In this document: in pieces, positions 13,985-27,239 of the stretch
Layout: each line of letters starts with the position of its first letter
Position numbering within the stretch: position 1 is the stretch's first letter
Assembly: GCF_001194135.2 (NCBI RefSeq)
Contig: NC_068981.1
Coordinates: forward strand, 128,993,236 to 129,057,235
DNA: 64,000 nt
Reading direction: 5' to 3'
DNA from: Octopus bimaculoides
Taxonomy: Eukaryota
Translations under genes and position numbers: made by a program
Notes under the pieces: model-generated
What the model saw: the letters and a program-made list of their open reading frames with translations, nothing else
What the model was told of the DNA's origin: nothing
Databases searched by the model: none

Positions 13985-14255
13985 ACAACCATGAAGTTTC
14001 AGGTTCAGTCTCATTGCACAGCACCTTGGACAATTACCTTCTATTATAGCCCCAGGACAACCAATGTTTTGAGTGAATGTGGTTGCCAGAAACTGTACAA
14101 AAACCCATTGCGTGTGTGTGTGTCTCCATAGCGACATTTGACAATCAGTGTTGGCTTGGTTACATCCCAGTAATTCAGTGGTTCAGCAAAACAAACCAAT
14201 AGAATCAGTGCCAGACTTCAAAAAAAAAATTGGGGGTGAATTTGTTCAACTAAAC
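13985..14255 (+). mobile_element. Abundant SINE family B, degenerate copy
   Basis: Matches copies at 43670-44040, 51174-51585, 57800-58145 and 63563-63930. Confidence 0.65.
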
Positions 14256-15399
14256 TAGTCTAAACATATTTAGCCTGTAACTCATAGCCAGTAATAATCA
14301 CTGGTTAGAAATAGCTACCAAATCTCACCCAAATTACATTCTAAAAAAATGCAGTGGATAATACCATACAAGGCAGCAAAAATGCTTTAATTAAAAATCT
14401 ACTAAAATAAGGATGATTTCAGGTAAAACAATAGAAACTGTTCAAATCATGTACAAACAAAATCTAATTTTGATCCTTTTTCAAGTAAATGCCAGCCATG
14501 ATATACATGTAACTATACACTATTAATGTTATACTATAAAAAGGTTGGTTTTCAACTAGTGTAGAGTAGCAGAAAATGCCTTTTGGTACCAACCCACCTC
14601 AGACTGCCCCTGATTTTATAACTTCCTACTTTATGACACAAACTTCCTGTTTTAAAGTGATCTAGCATAAAGCCATCATATAAATTTAGGATTCAAACAC
14701 CAGCTTAATATTGAAATTTTTATTTTGTTAAATTCATTATTTTTAAAACTAACTGAAACAAAGACTGTATTTCAACAAAAATATAGTAAGAAATGGGTTC
14801 AGTTAAATGATTTATTCTACTCTACCATTCTCCCACATAACTAGTCACAATTACATGTAATATACCATATTTTTACAAGTCCTATTATATCTAAGAGAAA
14901 ACATTTGAAGCAGAATTTTTTTTTCTGGGAAAAGAACTTTAAACTCTTAATTCACTTAGTCATTAATACTTTGTATTTTCTGATAATGTTTAAGGTTTTT
15001 CAGTATTGGTCATTGTTTCAAGCTTTGCAAGAGACATCCAGTTGAATATAATTTCACTTGTTTTATCCTACCCATCAGGTTAAATAATAACTACTTTCAG
15101 TTTACAATCAGTGGAAATTAGGAAAGCTGCTGGCTGGAATTTCAACCAATACTACAATTAATATTAACTTGTAGTTAAGTTCAAATCATTTGGAAAATTC
15201 ATTTCAAAATCATAATATCATACAATTAACTTCATCTTACTGTAACTGAGAGAAAATTGATCTTTGGAATAGTATTTCTAAATTCCATAAATAAATTTTT
15301 AAAATTTCTTAACATGTCAGAGGTACTGACAAAATATTTTGTGTTGTTTGGTTACATGCTTATGCTAAGTCTCAACTTCTCCTTTCCAAGATTGATAAA

Positions 15400-15560
15400 T
15401 CTTTCTACTAAAGATACAAGGCCTGAAATTTTGGAAGCAGGGCTAAGTCGATTACATCAACCCCAGTGGTCAACTTATATACTTATTTTATCAAACCCCA
15501 AAAGGATGAAAGACAAGGTCAACCTCAGCAGAATTTAAACTCAGAACATGAAGCTGGAAG
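15400..15560 (-). mobile_element. SINE family C fragment (core gactttgcctttcatcctttyggggtcgataaa)
   Basis: Same core at about 26170-26270, 33540-33740, 34690-34905, 36800-36985, 47085-47370 and 54280-54410. Confidence 0.7.
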
Positions 15561-17807
15561 AAATCTTAGATTCAGTGAGTTATAACTTAGAAGACATTTC
15601 CCCAGCATGGTCTCACAGTCCAATCATTGAATGAAATTAAAATGTTACATTCCCCAAACTTTCAAATACAAGTGGATTTACAAAATGTGCAATAAAATTT
15701 CACAAATAGTGTGACCATAACTTAGAATAAGGTTCGTTCTCATAACATCCTCAAAAATTTCATAGCAATGAGCTCCAACTATTTACCTAAATCTAAAGTA
15801 TTTAAACTATTTTTCATCTAAATTTATTTGAAGAGTAAACTATATTTTCATATTAACTTTATAAACCACTTAGAAATAAACTGATCTTTGTAGGGGTTAA
15901 AAAAAAAAAAATGCAGGGGTGTCTAATACCAAATCATATTTCTGTAAAATTCCCAATCTTTTTAAGAAAGCAGATACAAAGCTTTGAGTTAAGTTATAAG
16001 TTGCTCAAAAAACAACTAAACATTTAAGCTTTAGCATTAAAGCAGTACTCAATACTTGAATTTTTAGTATTCTAATTAATGTGATAGCTAATAAAACAAA
16101 TAAGAACAGAAAACTAGTCAAATTCCTAAGAAATTAAGTATAAGCAACTGTAGCTCAGCTTACCTCTGAGTGTTAAATATTAGGAATGGGGTTTATGTAA
16201 CATAAAAAATGTGCAACAAATATTGAAACGCATATTCAACACAAATATACCAATTAGAATGTTAACTTAAAATCATTTAACAAAATCAACACTTGTAATC
16301 TAATTTTAAAATGAGAATTAAGCAAAACATGAACTGGAGGGAGGTTAGTAAGTCAGAAAGAAAGCAGAAGTCAGAATAAGCCTATATTAAATGCTTATAA
16401 GGAAATTAAAATCAAACATTGGTTATAAGCTTATTACTTAAATGTTTTGATGTACAGAAAATTTAAATATTAGATATGATGGCTTAGTAAGAAAGGGAAT
16501 ATCTTTCTATAAACAAGCATGCAGACCGTTTCAAGTTCAAGCCAAAGAAAAATGCATGCTGTCTTCAATGAAATATATTTTATTAGCCATAAGTCTTTTA
16601 ACCAAATTTCCAAATATAATTGAAACATCTGATTAATTTCATAAAGAATGCAATATAATATATATAATTATATAATGTATATATTTCAGTTTAAATTTAT
16701 TAAAATTAATATTTCCTATTTAATTTTATCAGTCTTAAAATCTATGGGAAAAAAATTTAACCAAGTGCAACTCTGGATGCAAAAAATAAGCAACCCAGCC
16801 AAAAATATTCATCTAAGTAACAACTAAAATCTAAAAGCAGTGTTACAATAAAACTTGGATAATAAGATAAACAGACTAATAGCAATAGCAAAATAAAATA
16901 TATTTATATTAATAACAAAAGGAAACAATCTGCAAACCAGTTCTATGCTACTTGTCAGCTCCAGTTCAATAAATTACTTTTAGACAGCAAGACTTTTTTT
17001 CAATTACTTTTAAGGTGGACCTTACCAAATGTGCAAAGCAGGAAATAGAATTGAATAGAGCCATTAGACAAATTAGAAAGATAATATAGCAATAGGACAA
17101 CCTAATGCAAACAAAATTGGTATCGTACCAATTCTATTAGATGTGCCAAGACAGAAGGAATAAAAAATAGTGACTGGTAACTGTACATTAATATTCCAAG
17201 AGCAATATGCATTGGAAATTAACAATCATTGTTAATGGGTTGGCATAGGCACACCACAAACCAGTGGAAACATTAGGAGAGGAAGTAGAGCTTGAAAAGG
17301 AGCAAAGCATTGATTCAATGTGAAATGGGAGTTCTAAAGTAACAGCTATCTATTTATAAAGGGTTTTTACTTGCTTTTAGGAAAAATTTGGACTAAGATG
17401 TTATACAACTTTAAGGAAAAAAATTAACACAATAGAGCAGCCACTGCAGTGCATAATTTATGCAATAAGAAATTCCTCACCATGCTTGGAAGAATGACCA
17501 TCCACCAGTGCAGACTAGAGCCCCAGGGAGAACCTGTGGTGGACAGCAAAGCAGAAACTTTAGGAAAGTGGTATTTCACCCAACCAAAAACTAAATTCTG
17601 CAAATTAAAAACCAGATTGGAACAAGAGAATCCTAAAATTCTTAACATTCCTTGCCAGGAGCATGCCCAACAATTAAGAGTCTTACCAATATAGGAAATG
17701 GGATCTTGCTCATTTCTAAGTGGTGAATAAAAGAAAATATATAGTGTAATACTACTTTAACATATGTATATGTATGTGTGTATGTGTGTGTGTATATATT
17801 CATATAT

Positions 17808-17841
<34 letters not shown>

Positions 17842-19840
17842 GCATTAATGAAACAAACTCCAAATTGTTTAGTACCTTAAGGTTTGTGTAAGATTTCTAG
17901 TAAAATAAAATTTTAATAATGAAAATTAAGGAACTTTTTTTTTTTTTTTTTTAGCAAGGCTCTTCACAAAATCAATATAATATGTATATGCAGTCATATA
18001 CAGTAAAATTATTCAAATTTCTCTTGGTAAATTTAAGTTTTAGTTGTACTAAAGATTTCCCAACACCCACAATTATTTGGTTTGAAAACAATAAATTTCT
18101 TATAAAGTACAGTATCCTTTGCCTTTAAGTTACCTAAATGCTGAAACAATTGGATAACTCTTGCATCCTGATCAAATAAATTCATCTTAAAATCTCATGG
18201 AAAAATGCAAAAATTTGTCACATTGACAATGTTTCTCAGAATTCAGACACCAACATGAATTATGCATATCATTCACATCTTTAACATGCAAGTTATCATT
18301 ATTGTAAAAAAAAAAAAAAAAAAAATCAATCAAGCTTTATAATCTTAGTTCAGCAGTTTCATTAAACCAAAATTAGGGCCAGTAACCAAAACAAATAAAT
18401 TGTATGAAACCCTGATATATCTTAATTTGTTTTTTGTTCTATTTAATCCTTATGATACCCCAAGACCTCTTTTGGTGCTGTTACAATCTTCCAGTTTTAA
18501 GTAATCATAAAACCTATTCAACTGTCATGTTAATTTATGTTCCAAATACCAGCTTAAGTTATTTTACTAAGTTTATTAATTTCAAAATTAACTAAATTAA
18601 AGGTAGTGTATTTCAACTGAAATATAGTAACAAGAGGGTTACATTCAAAATTTAGATAACCTGCCACAAGTGTTGAGTTTTGTTAAAGATGTTAAAATCC
18701 TTAAAGGTAAATGTTAGTCTTCAGAAACCAGTGACAACTACATCTGAAATATTACCCCACACATGCTTTAATTACAAATCACACCTTAAACTTGTAATTT
18801 CTCTTAACAGTTGAAGCTGGTATAAATTACAGAAGAAACTTTAGCCCAATTATTAGTCACTGCGGTTCTTTTTGTACTCCACACCCATTTCAGCATTGAG
18901 ATAGTGTCATATAACCATTTTTGGAGCATGCCAAGTATATTCATCTTGACTATATTCAATGTTTAAAATTTCGGAAGTGTATAAATTTATCTTAAAGACA
19001 TTTAATGGAGGACTGATTCGTTTAGAATTAGGGCTAACTAATGCATAAGAGTGTATTTAACGTTTAATTTCCAACTATATATATATATATTTTTTTTTGT
19101 GCAAGTGTTTTCTTATACAGCAGCTTTCTGATACTGGAGAGTGACAATATGTACATAGCAGCATATAGTTTGTTTCTGAGATGAAATCAATGCACAACAG
19201 TGTTGTAGTTCATCAGAAACAAACAGTGACAATAAACAAAAATACAATATAAAAGGTAAACCAAAAGCCCACAAGACTATTGGAATCCCTTTTAAACAAA
19301 AGAGCAGCAACAAGTAAATCCAAATTAACTCAATCAGTGGCTATGATAAAAAAAAAAAGAGATTAAAATTATCTATCATCTAACTTATAGAAACACCCAT
19401 CCTCAAAGTGTAGTGCCTGTATAAATATGAAATTAATGTAAATCAAAAACACACCAGAAAACATCTAAGTAAAATACATAAAAAAACAAAAACCTTTATA
19501 ATAAACTATTAGCTAAAATTAGTAGAAAAAATATTTTAACACCACAAAGAGCAAAAATTTAATAAGTAAACTGGTATAATCTGTTACTGTCTAACCCTTT
19601 AATCTACACAAAGGATATAAAAGTGTAAATAGCAAAATAATTTTGTATAATTTGGATTTACTTGTAGCAAAATGAATATGAATGTTTTTAGGTCTGTGAT
19701 GAGGCAGAAGACCAAGTGACTGAAATAACAGATACCTAATGTTGCATTGTATGTACAATAGCAAATGCAGCATTAGATAAACCTGTAATTTCTTTAAAAC
19801 AAAGTCTCCTACCACATCACAACCACTAACTGTCACATAC

Positions 19841-19941
19841 CAAATCTTTATAATGGCTTTTACTCTTTGTTAGCACTGCCAGGTGTCTTGCTGCTTTACA
19901 AGAAATATTTCCCAACCTTCTCGGCTTCTTTTCTCGTGAAC
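19841..19941 (-). other. Candidate 5'-leader exon of the NKRF-like gene
   Basis: Long polypyrimidine tract plus aaatag| acceptor, donor TTG|GTATGT; 101 nt with retained CpGs and one fully open frame. Confidence 0.45.
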
Positions 19942-20460
19942 CTATTTAAAAATGTGTTGGTGGCAGAAGAGGGAAAAATAAAGAAAATATTAGACTGTCA
20001 GCAAGTGTATAGAACTTGGGGTAAAGCCGGTACTTAGACACTGACTAGCAAACCAACCAACTTACACCCAACTTATGTAAGTGGCTGAAAACAGTTACTT
20101 TTAGAAAAATTAATTTTTTTCTTCTTTAGAAAGCTTGTTGAAGTAAGCAGAGCTCAACTCCTTTCTCAACAGTTTCAAAACAAGCCATTCGTAATACTTT
20201 GAAAACAAAATTTTTTTTTAATTTCAGATCCATTTGCTTCAATGTCAGTAACATGTGAATGCTTCATCAGCATCTTTTCCCTACAGATTCACCCCAAGAT
20301 CAATATAAACATGGAAACAAAAGTAAATTACATTATGAGCAATGTTAAAATGACTGAAAAATCATTTTGACATTTTCTTTTCATAATATGAATTAAAACT
20401 TCACTTACGGAATATGTGCATCCCTAAATATATATACTTTTTATATTCACATGTGCATGC

Positions 20461-20508
<48 letters not shown>

Positions 20509-21488
20509 NNNNNNNNNNNNNNNNNNNNNNNNNNNNNNNNNNNNNNNNNNNNNNNNNNNNNNNNNNNNNNNNNNNNNNNNNNNNNNNNNNNNNNNNNNNN
20601 NNNNNNNNNNNNNNNNNNNNNNNNNNNNNNNNNNNNNNNNNNNNNNNNNNNNNNNNNNNNNNNNNNNNNNNNNNNNNNNNNNNNNNNNNNNNNNNNNNNN
20701 NNNNNNNNNNNNNNNNNNNNNNNNNNNNNNNNNNNNNNNNNNNNNNNNNNNNNNNNNNNNNNNNNNNNNNNNNNNNNNNNNNNNNNNNNNNNNNNNNNNN
20801 NNNNNNNNNNNNNNNNNNNNNNNNNNNNNNNNNNNNNNNNNNNNNNNNNNNNNNNNNNNNNNNNNNNNNNNNNNNNNNNNNNNNNNNNNNNNNNNNNNNN
20901 NNNNNNNNNNNNNNNNNNNNNNNNNNNNNNNNNNNNNNNNNNNNNNNNNNNNNNNNNNNNNNNNNNNNNNNNNNNNNNNNNNNNNNNNNNNNNNNNNNNN
21001 NNNNNNNNNNNNNNNNNNNNNNNNNNNNNNNNNNNNNNNNNNNNNNNNNNNNNNNNNNNNNNNNNNNNNNNNNNNNNNNNNNNNNNNNNNNNNNNNNNNN
21101 NNNNNNNNNNNNNNNNNNNNNNNNNNNNNNNNNNNNNNNNNNNNNNNNNNNNNNNNNNNNNNNNNNNNNNNNNNNNNNNNNNNNNNNNNNNNNNNNNNNN
21201 NNNNNNNNNNNNNNNNNNNNNNNNNNNNNNNNNNNNNNNNNNNNNNNNNNNNNNNNNNNNNNNNNNNNNNNNNNNNNNNNNNNNNNNNNNNNNNNNNNNN
21301 NNNNNNNNNNNNNNNNNNNNNNNNNNNNNNNNNNNNNNNNNNNNNNNNNNNNNNNNNNNNNNNNNNNNNNNNNNNNNNNNNNNNNNNNNNNNNNNNNNNN
21401 NNNNNNNNNNNNNNNNNNNNNNNNNNNNNNNNNNNNNNNNNNNNNNNNNNNNNNNNNNNNNNNNNNNNNNNNNNNNNNNNNNNNNNNN

Positions 21489-21990
21489 CATCGACCGTGT
21501 CCGTGCGACATATACCCACACATCGACCGTGTCCGTGCGACATATACCCACACATCGACCGTGTCCGTGCGACATATACCCACACATCGACCGTGTCCGT
21601 GCGACATATACCCACACATCGACCGTGTCTGTGCGACATACAGCCACATATCGACCGTGCCCATGCGACATACAGCCACATATCGACAGTGTTCGTGCAA
21701 CATATACCCACATATCGACCGTGTCCATGTGACATATGCCCACATTAGGATCAGGTTTGTGCGACATATGCCCACATATCGACTGTGTGCACAGGACATA
21801 TGCCCACAAATCAACCGTGTGCATGCGATATATACCCACATATCAACCATGTATATGTGATATATACCTACATATCAACCATGTTTATGCAATATATACA
21901 TCATGTCTATGCGATATATGCACACACGTCATGTCTATGCGATATATGCACACACGTCATGTCTATGCGATAAATTCATACACAAACCAT
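21489..21990. repeat. 32-bp minisatellite decaying into a 28-bp unit
   Basis: Unit catcgaccgtgtccgtgcgacatatacccaca at 21489, 21521, 21553, 21585...; the array runs into the 20509-21488 N gap. Confidence 0.95.
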
Positions 21991-22930
21991 GTCTATGCGA
22001 TATATATATACATACATATAAACTATATGCTTATATATAGATATATATATATATACACATACACACACAGTGTATGCTTACACACACCAACACATCCACA
22101 TGTGAGAGACCAGAGACCTGCGGAGGAAAAAAAAAAAAAACTTGCATTTAAGCCAAATATTCGTTCTTCTTGTTCACGCTTCCGGTTTGAATAAAATCAA
22201 AAGATGACTGAGAAATTAAAACATTATTTAGTGGCAGAACCTGTAAATAACTGAAATTTACTAATCTTGCAGAAGGAAAGTAATATTTTATTGGCAAAAA
22301 TCAAAATACAAAAATTTATTTAACATCATTTTAATTTCAGTCAGAACATGCAGTGACCCATTTAGTTTCACGAGAGATCCATCGTATGAATATCTCTTGG
22401 TTTAACTTGCCATACTTATACAAGAACTACTGCAATAAAAGAAAAAAATTAACAGTATAAGAATTACAATAAATATATATATAAGAAATGTAAAAACTGA
22501 TACATATAGTCCCTTTCTATATGTCCTTCCAAAATAGCAATGGGGGGGGGGNNNNNNNNNNATTTTTTTTATAACTGAAGTCTTACATAATACCAAGCAA
22601 AGATATTCTGTAGACTTGATACTATGACAATATTCCTAGGTCCATTGAACTCATAAAATAAGGACTGTTTGGTCCTTAGACCTCGGATTTGAAATTCATG
22701 TTACAACTTCACTATCTCGTAGCGAGATAAAATTTACATTGAAGCTAGGGGAAATAATTCTTGAAGTATTTTCAATATAAAATCTCTTATTAAACCCCCA
22801 TTAATCACTTCCTGTGTCTAGTGATATAAGTTTACCTATGCTTGAATTACCCGAGACCCACATCTACAACTTCACTCTTTTTTTTTCATGAGGACAAGGC
22901 CTATTAACAATTCAATCTTAAGCAAATTAC

Positions 22931-23010
22931 CTTTATCGAGGTGCAAATTCATCTAATATTGTTATTCGAAGATTATTTTCTAAAATTACCTATAATATTG
23001 TCATCTAAGA
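22931..23010 (-). other. Candidate 5'-leader exon of the NKRF-like gene
   Basis: Acceptor tttttatttttgcgtcacag|, donor AAG|GTAATT; contains ATG at 22952. Confidence 0.3.
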
Positions 23011-25212
23011 CTGTGACGCAAAAATAAAAACAATGACAAATTTTGTAAAGTGGCATTGGATTAACATAAGATAAAAGAAAGCCCATACATGAGCTGGAGA
23101 GAAAAAAAAAATTTCTTTGCAATGTTTATTTGAATTCACGAAATGACGTTTCGGGTAACGAAAGGATTTCAAATACGAAAGAATCTCAAAAACTCGACCT
23201 TAAAAAATTTCAGAAACGAAAAGAAAATTAAAACTCGGTGAATTAATGTTAATGTTCTAATACTAATAATTTTTCACGTACGCAAATACAAAACAGTCGT
23301 CCCCTCAGATTTATGTCGCATAGCAATTAAACAATGAAAACCTGCTCGTGGGTCCAATTTGCCTGAGATTTTTTTCTCTCTTAAGGCAAACATTTATCAC
23401 ACTTACGGGTATCAGAGGATGCCGCAAGATTTGTGTAATTTTAGATTGGAAGGACATAAAAGGATTAGAGTAATGCATTCTATATAATTTTATCTTCAGT
23501 TTCACAGAAAAATTAGAACCACGTTTATTATACTTAAAAGCTTAATATTCAGAATTGTGTCTTCCTTATAGTATGGCAGTAACGTAAGAAAGTATGCTTG
23601 TCACGAAATTAGATACGGTAACTAAAATCGAACTAGAGACATTCTAAAACAGGATGAATAAAAATATTTTAAAGCACTTTTTAACGTCAAGCACCACCAG
23701 AGAAGCCGATTGTTGCGAAGGAAATAAAGGCCATAAGTAGACATAACTATGTGTGTGACACACACCCAAGAAAGAGGCAACTGTATAACTTTAGATATTA
23801 GCTTGGCCACGGGAGATGAAATGACAAAGGAGCGGAGGAAAAGAATACGTACACCACCAATTTTCGGCGTAACAAAAACTAACCCGAATGCTAACATTAA
23901 ACACCGGGTGTACGTGTTATTTTCCTTAACAAACATTTAAAAACATCTGCATAATGACAGAAACCATAATTACGTCGAAAAATAATGTCGAAGTGATATT
24001 TTCAGTTGTCACATTACATTCTGCAAAGTAGATAGCTATGTACTTACATACACAAAGTGAAATAGATAGATATGCAGTCTTCCAGATACGCTTTCAGGAA
24101 AGATATGAATTTAGAAAGCATGCATAGATACACTGCATACGCATGCACACATAGACATGTGCAATGGAGATGAAGAGCAGAGATTTAAACTGAAAAATCT
24201 ATTATAGGCTTCTTCAAGATGGCTACTCCGTGCCCAGCTTACTCATACAAAGCGAGTCTACAGGCTACTTTATGTACTATAAACGAATTAAGTTTCCGTT
24301 TTCAACATAGGTACAGAAGTTGAGAGTAAAAAAACGAAAAAGCAGAAGATGTAGCTACGTCTTTGATATTCAATTTTTTAATGGACAAAAGATCATTCTT
24401 AATGCTTCAATGCAACTTTAAGTGAAAGGAGAAAAGTTACAGAAAGGAACGAAGATTTATTAAAGAGGTAATGAATATATAAGGACTGGGTTAAATAAGA
24501 AACTACTAGGTTAATCTATTTCTTGAATAAAGGAGTGTAAACCGATGCGAATGTTAGCAAAAAGAAATGTCGGAACCCAATTAGGGATAACCGCTGTACA
24601 AGACTAATGGCTCTGTTTCAGCTAATTTTAAAATGCAAATCACGATCTAGATTCGAGTGGAGTCCAGCAAAATTTAAAATACTAACAATTTTAAAATGAA
24701 ATAGGTGAAAGCTAATAAAAAAAATGATGCAAGGCCTAATGTATGAAAAGATAAAAATGTGCCACTCATTAGCGACGTAGACGGTGTGAAAAAAAGCTAC
24801 AAATAGGGAAAATAACGACTCGGTGAGGGAAGAGAAAATAATTACAATTAGATTAAATAACGTGAATCCAATGTTTCTTGATGACGAACGTCAGAGTGAA
24901 ACACGTGAAGCAACAACGAATTAGGTCAAGAAAACTGAGGCGATAAAATAATTAAAAAAATTAGAGGGGGATACAAATACATGAAAATCGACAAAGTAAA
25001 AAAAAAATCATACCAGAGAAATAAAATAAAACAAAGAAATATTGGAGGAAAGAAACAGAGACGGCGACTGAGTTTTCGACATCACGGAGGGAGGAAAATG
25101 TCGGTGTCACACAGGCGCGAGGAGGTTTTTTTTACCAAGGATATTTAACAAATAATAATTTTTAAAAAAAAGACAAAAAGTTTAAACAACAGAAGTCATT
25201 CGTTTCATATAC

Positions 25213-25380
25213 CTGATTAAGGTCTTGTATGGTATCAACAGCAAGCAAATAACTATAATAATGAACGACGATAAAAAGCTAGAGCCAAAATACGACGCAC
25301 TGCAATAGTATCAAACCGGTATTAAAGATGGCGATCTAATTAACATAATATCTGTCTGTGTCCTTGGATCTGATTGGTTG
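25213..25380 (-). promoter_or_regulatory. Candidate promoter and non-coding exon 1 of the NKRF-like gene
   Basis: Within a CpG-retaining zone (about 22.1-27.2 kb): minus-strand AACCAATCA (CCAAT box, 25371-25379), CGCCATCTT YY1-type motif (25325-25333), then donor CAG|GTATAT at 25213/25212. Confidence 0.55.
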
Positions 25381-26494
25381 GTGTCAGCACTCTCCTCATA
25401 CATAGATTGTATTTTTCTTTCCTTTTCTTAGTATTCATACAGATTGACTTATTCTCTCACACACTCCCCCCTCTTTATTTTCTTTTTTTACTCTCTCTAT
25501 TTGATATCTCTTTCTGACTAAGTATTTTATCTTACTCTCACTGTCCCTGGTTTATTACCTTCCTATGTCTGTTTTTCACTTTATTTTTATAAATTTCCTT
25601 TGGTCATGTGTCTTCCTTTTACTCTCTCTATTAAACACTCATATTCGTGTACAAGGATTCCATATCTGAGATTAGACAAATAAAATGCTAGCATGAGTGA
25701 GATGGACCATGTTACATAAAAGAACAAGAAATACAGTATTAAAGAAGAGAGATGCAATAATTCTTTAAACCCTATAAATATATTACAAAGTAGAATTCGA
25801 ATAAATGAATATTTATATAGTTAAGTTTTAGATCAAATAATAAAAAAAAAAAGCTAAATCGTTTCTTTACAAATTTAGTAACATGTTCAACTCCGGTGTC
25901 CTCATTACACATATAAATACATATCCTGTCGCACGCATACATTCGTATAAAATCCTAGAAGTACCATTTTCTCTCCTTTGTGAATGCAAACGCATATTTT
26001 TAATTAAAAATGCCTTTACTTCCCACACCAAATATGCCAGCACCTACTTCAAATTTTTAAATAGCAGGCAGCCCCGAATATTTTCCCTTCCCCAATCATA
26101 TGTGATACATGTATGTGTGCGCGCGGGGTTGGGGCTTTTTTTTTTCTTTTACATGTTGCAGAAGAAACCATTATAGTCAATACGAGACTAGTACCTATCT
26201 TATCAACTTCCGGAAGGATAAAAAGACGAAGTAGATCGCGCGGGATTTGAACTAAAAATAAAGAACGTTGTAGTTACATTTTGTTCGATGATCTCTTGTA
26301 TCTATTTTCCTCCATTTATGTGGTGTAAAAGACCTTTCAATTGAGTCAGCTCTAATAGAGCGGGCCTATGACCATAAGCGTTCCAACAGTGCCTATCCAG
26401 TTTTTAAGGCATAATGTATAGTGAGCTGCATAACCCAGTATGTTGATCATTTCTTTCAGGTAGTTGGATTTGATGTTGAGGAGATTTGACTACA

Positions 26495-26570
26495 AACAAA
26501 TTGACCAACATCGGTTAATTATTTTTTATACAAACCTTAACATTGCTTAACTGGTGTTGGTCAATTTGTT
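26495..26570 (+). other. 24-bp stem hairpin with 28-nt loop
   Basis: aacaaattgaccaacatcggttaa / ttaactggtgttggtcaatttgtt; the two mismatches are G-U wobbles on the + strand. Confidence 0.85.
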
Positions 26571-26902
26571 GATCAAAAGTTTTCTCCATTTTCTGCTTAT
26601 TTTAAATTTGATTCCTGATAAACTCTTGTTTATTCTGTTATTACCTGTACCCCATTAGCATAGTGTGCTTGCAAACCCATGCCCAGGGTTAACATAGATA
26701 ATTGATACCGGTAGTAAGGACAGATATTATTATCCCTTAGACGGTTATTTCAACCGCTAACTCTAATATAAATTTAAATAATAAGGGTGAAAAATTGAGT
26801 ATTAATTTCATTAATATCAATTGTGGCCTAACATATTGAAAAATCTGAAGATTCAGAAAAATTATATTACATACATCCCTCATATGTGTGTGGGTATATT
26901 GG

Positions 26903-26945
<43 letters not shown>

Positions 26946-27117
26946 ATATCATGATCCACAATTTGGCTGTTCTAGAAACAGCTGCAAGAGACTTTATATG
27001 CTTATATTCTCTTTTTTAATTAAATGATGCCAAATGTTTTAGTTTTTATCCCTACACGTTTTTTCTCTTTTTTTGTGGGTGGGGGAGGTTCTCTCTCCAG
27101 TTTTCTTCCTCTTAATC

Positions 27118-27153
27118 CTTTCTGTCGAAGAATGTAGGCTCGAAACGTCAAAG
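27118..27153 (+). ncRNA. Degenerate minimal hammerhead-ribozyme-like motif in a Penelope-type terminal repeat
   Basis: CTTT-CTGTCGA-A-GAAT(GTAG)GCTC-GAAA-C-GTC-AAAG; stem I CTTT/AAAG, palindromic ACGT stem III, core A6 replaced by U. Confidence 0.45.
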
Positions 27154-27239
27154 ACTTTTCCATTCTTACCAAGCATTAATCTAATATACCTGCCTATTGT
27201 TCCCTCACCTGTCTTCGTCTTTTGTTTTCTGTAAATTAG

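Noticed and set aside
17115-17240. Short 19-nt hairpins (also 1645-1668)
   Set aside because: Expected by chance in AT-rich DNA.
17424-17694. Overlapping 74-81 aa ORFs in a GC-richer patch
   Set aside because: No splice framing or homology recognised.
6250-19800. Intronic C/D snoRNAs in the NKRF-like leader intron
   Set aside because: Isolated TGATGA matches had no suitably spaced CTGA box or terminal stem in the spots inspected; the scan was not exhaustive.
21489-21800. CRISPR-like regular repeats
   Set aside because: Head-to-tail 32-bp units with no unique spacers, no cas genes, eukaryotic context.
20401-21860. Long 420-470 aa ORFs on both strands
   Set aside because: Artefacts of the 980-N gap plus microsatellite and minisatellite translation.
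22082-22117. 36-nt minus-strand leader exon candidate (tcctccgcag| ... |gtaagc)
   Set aside because: The donor sits in a (GT)n microsatellite and its ATG frame closes quickly; too weak to call.
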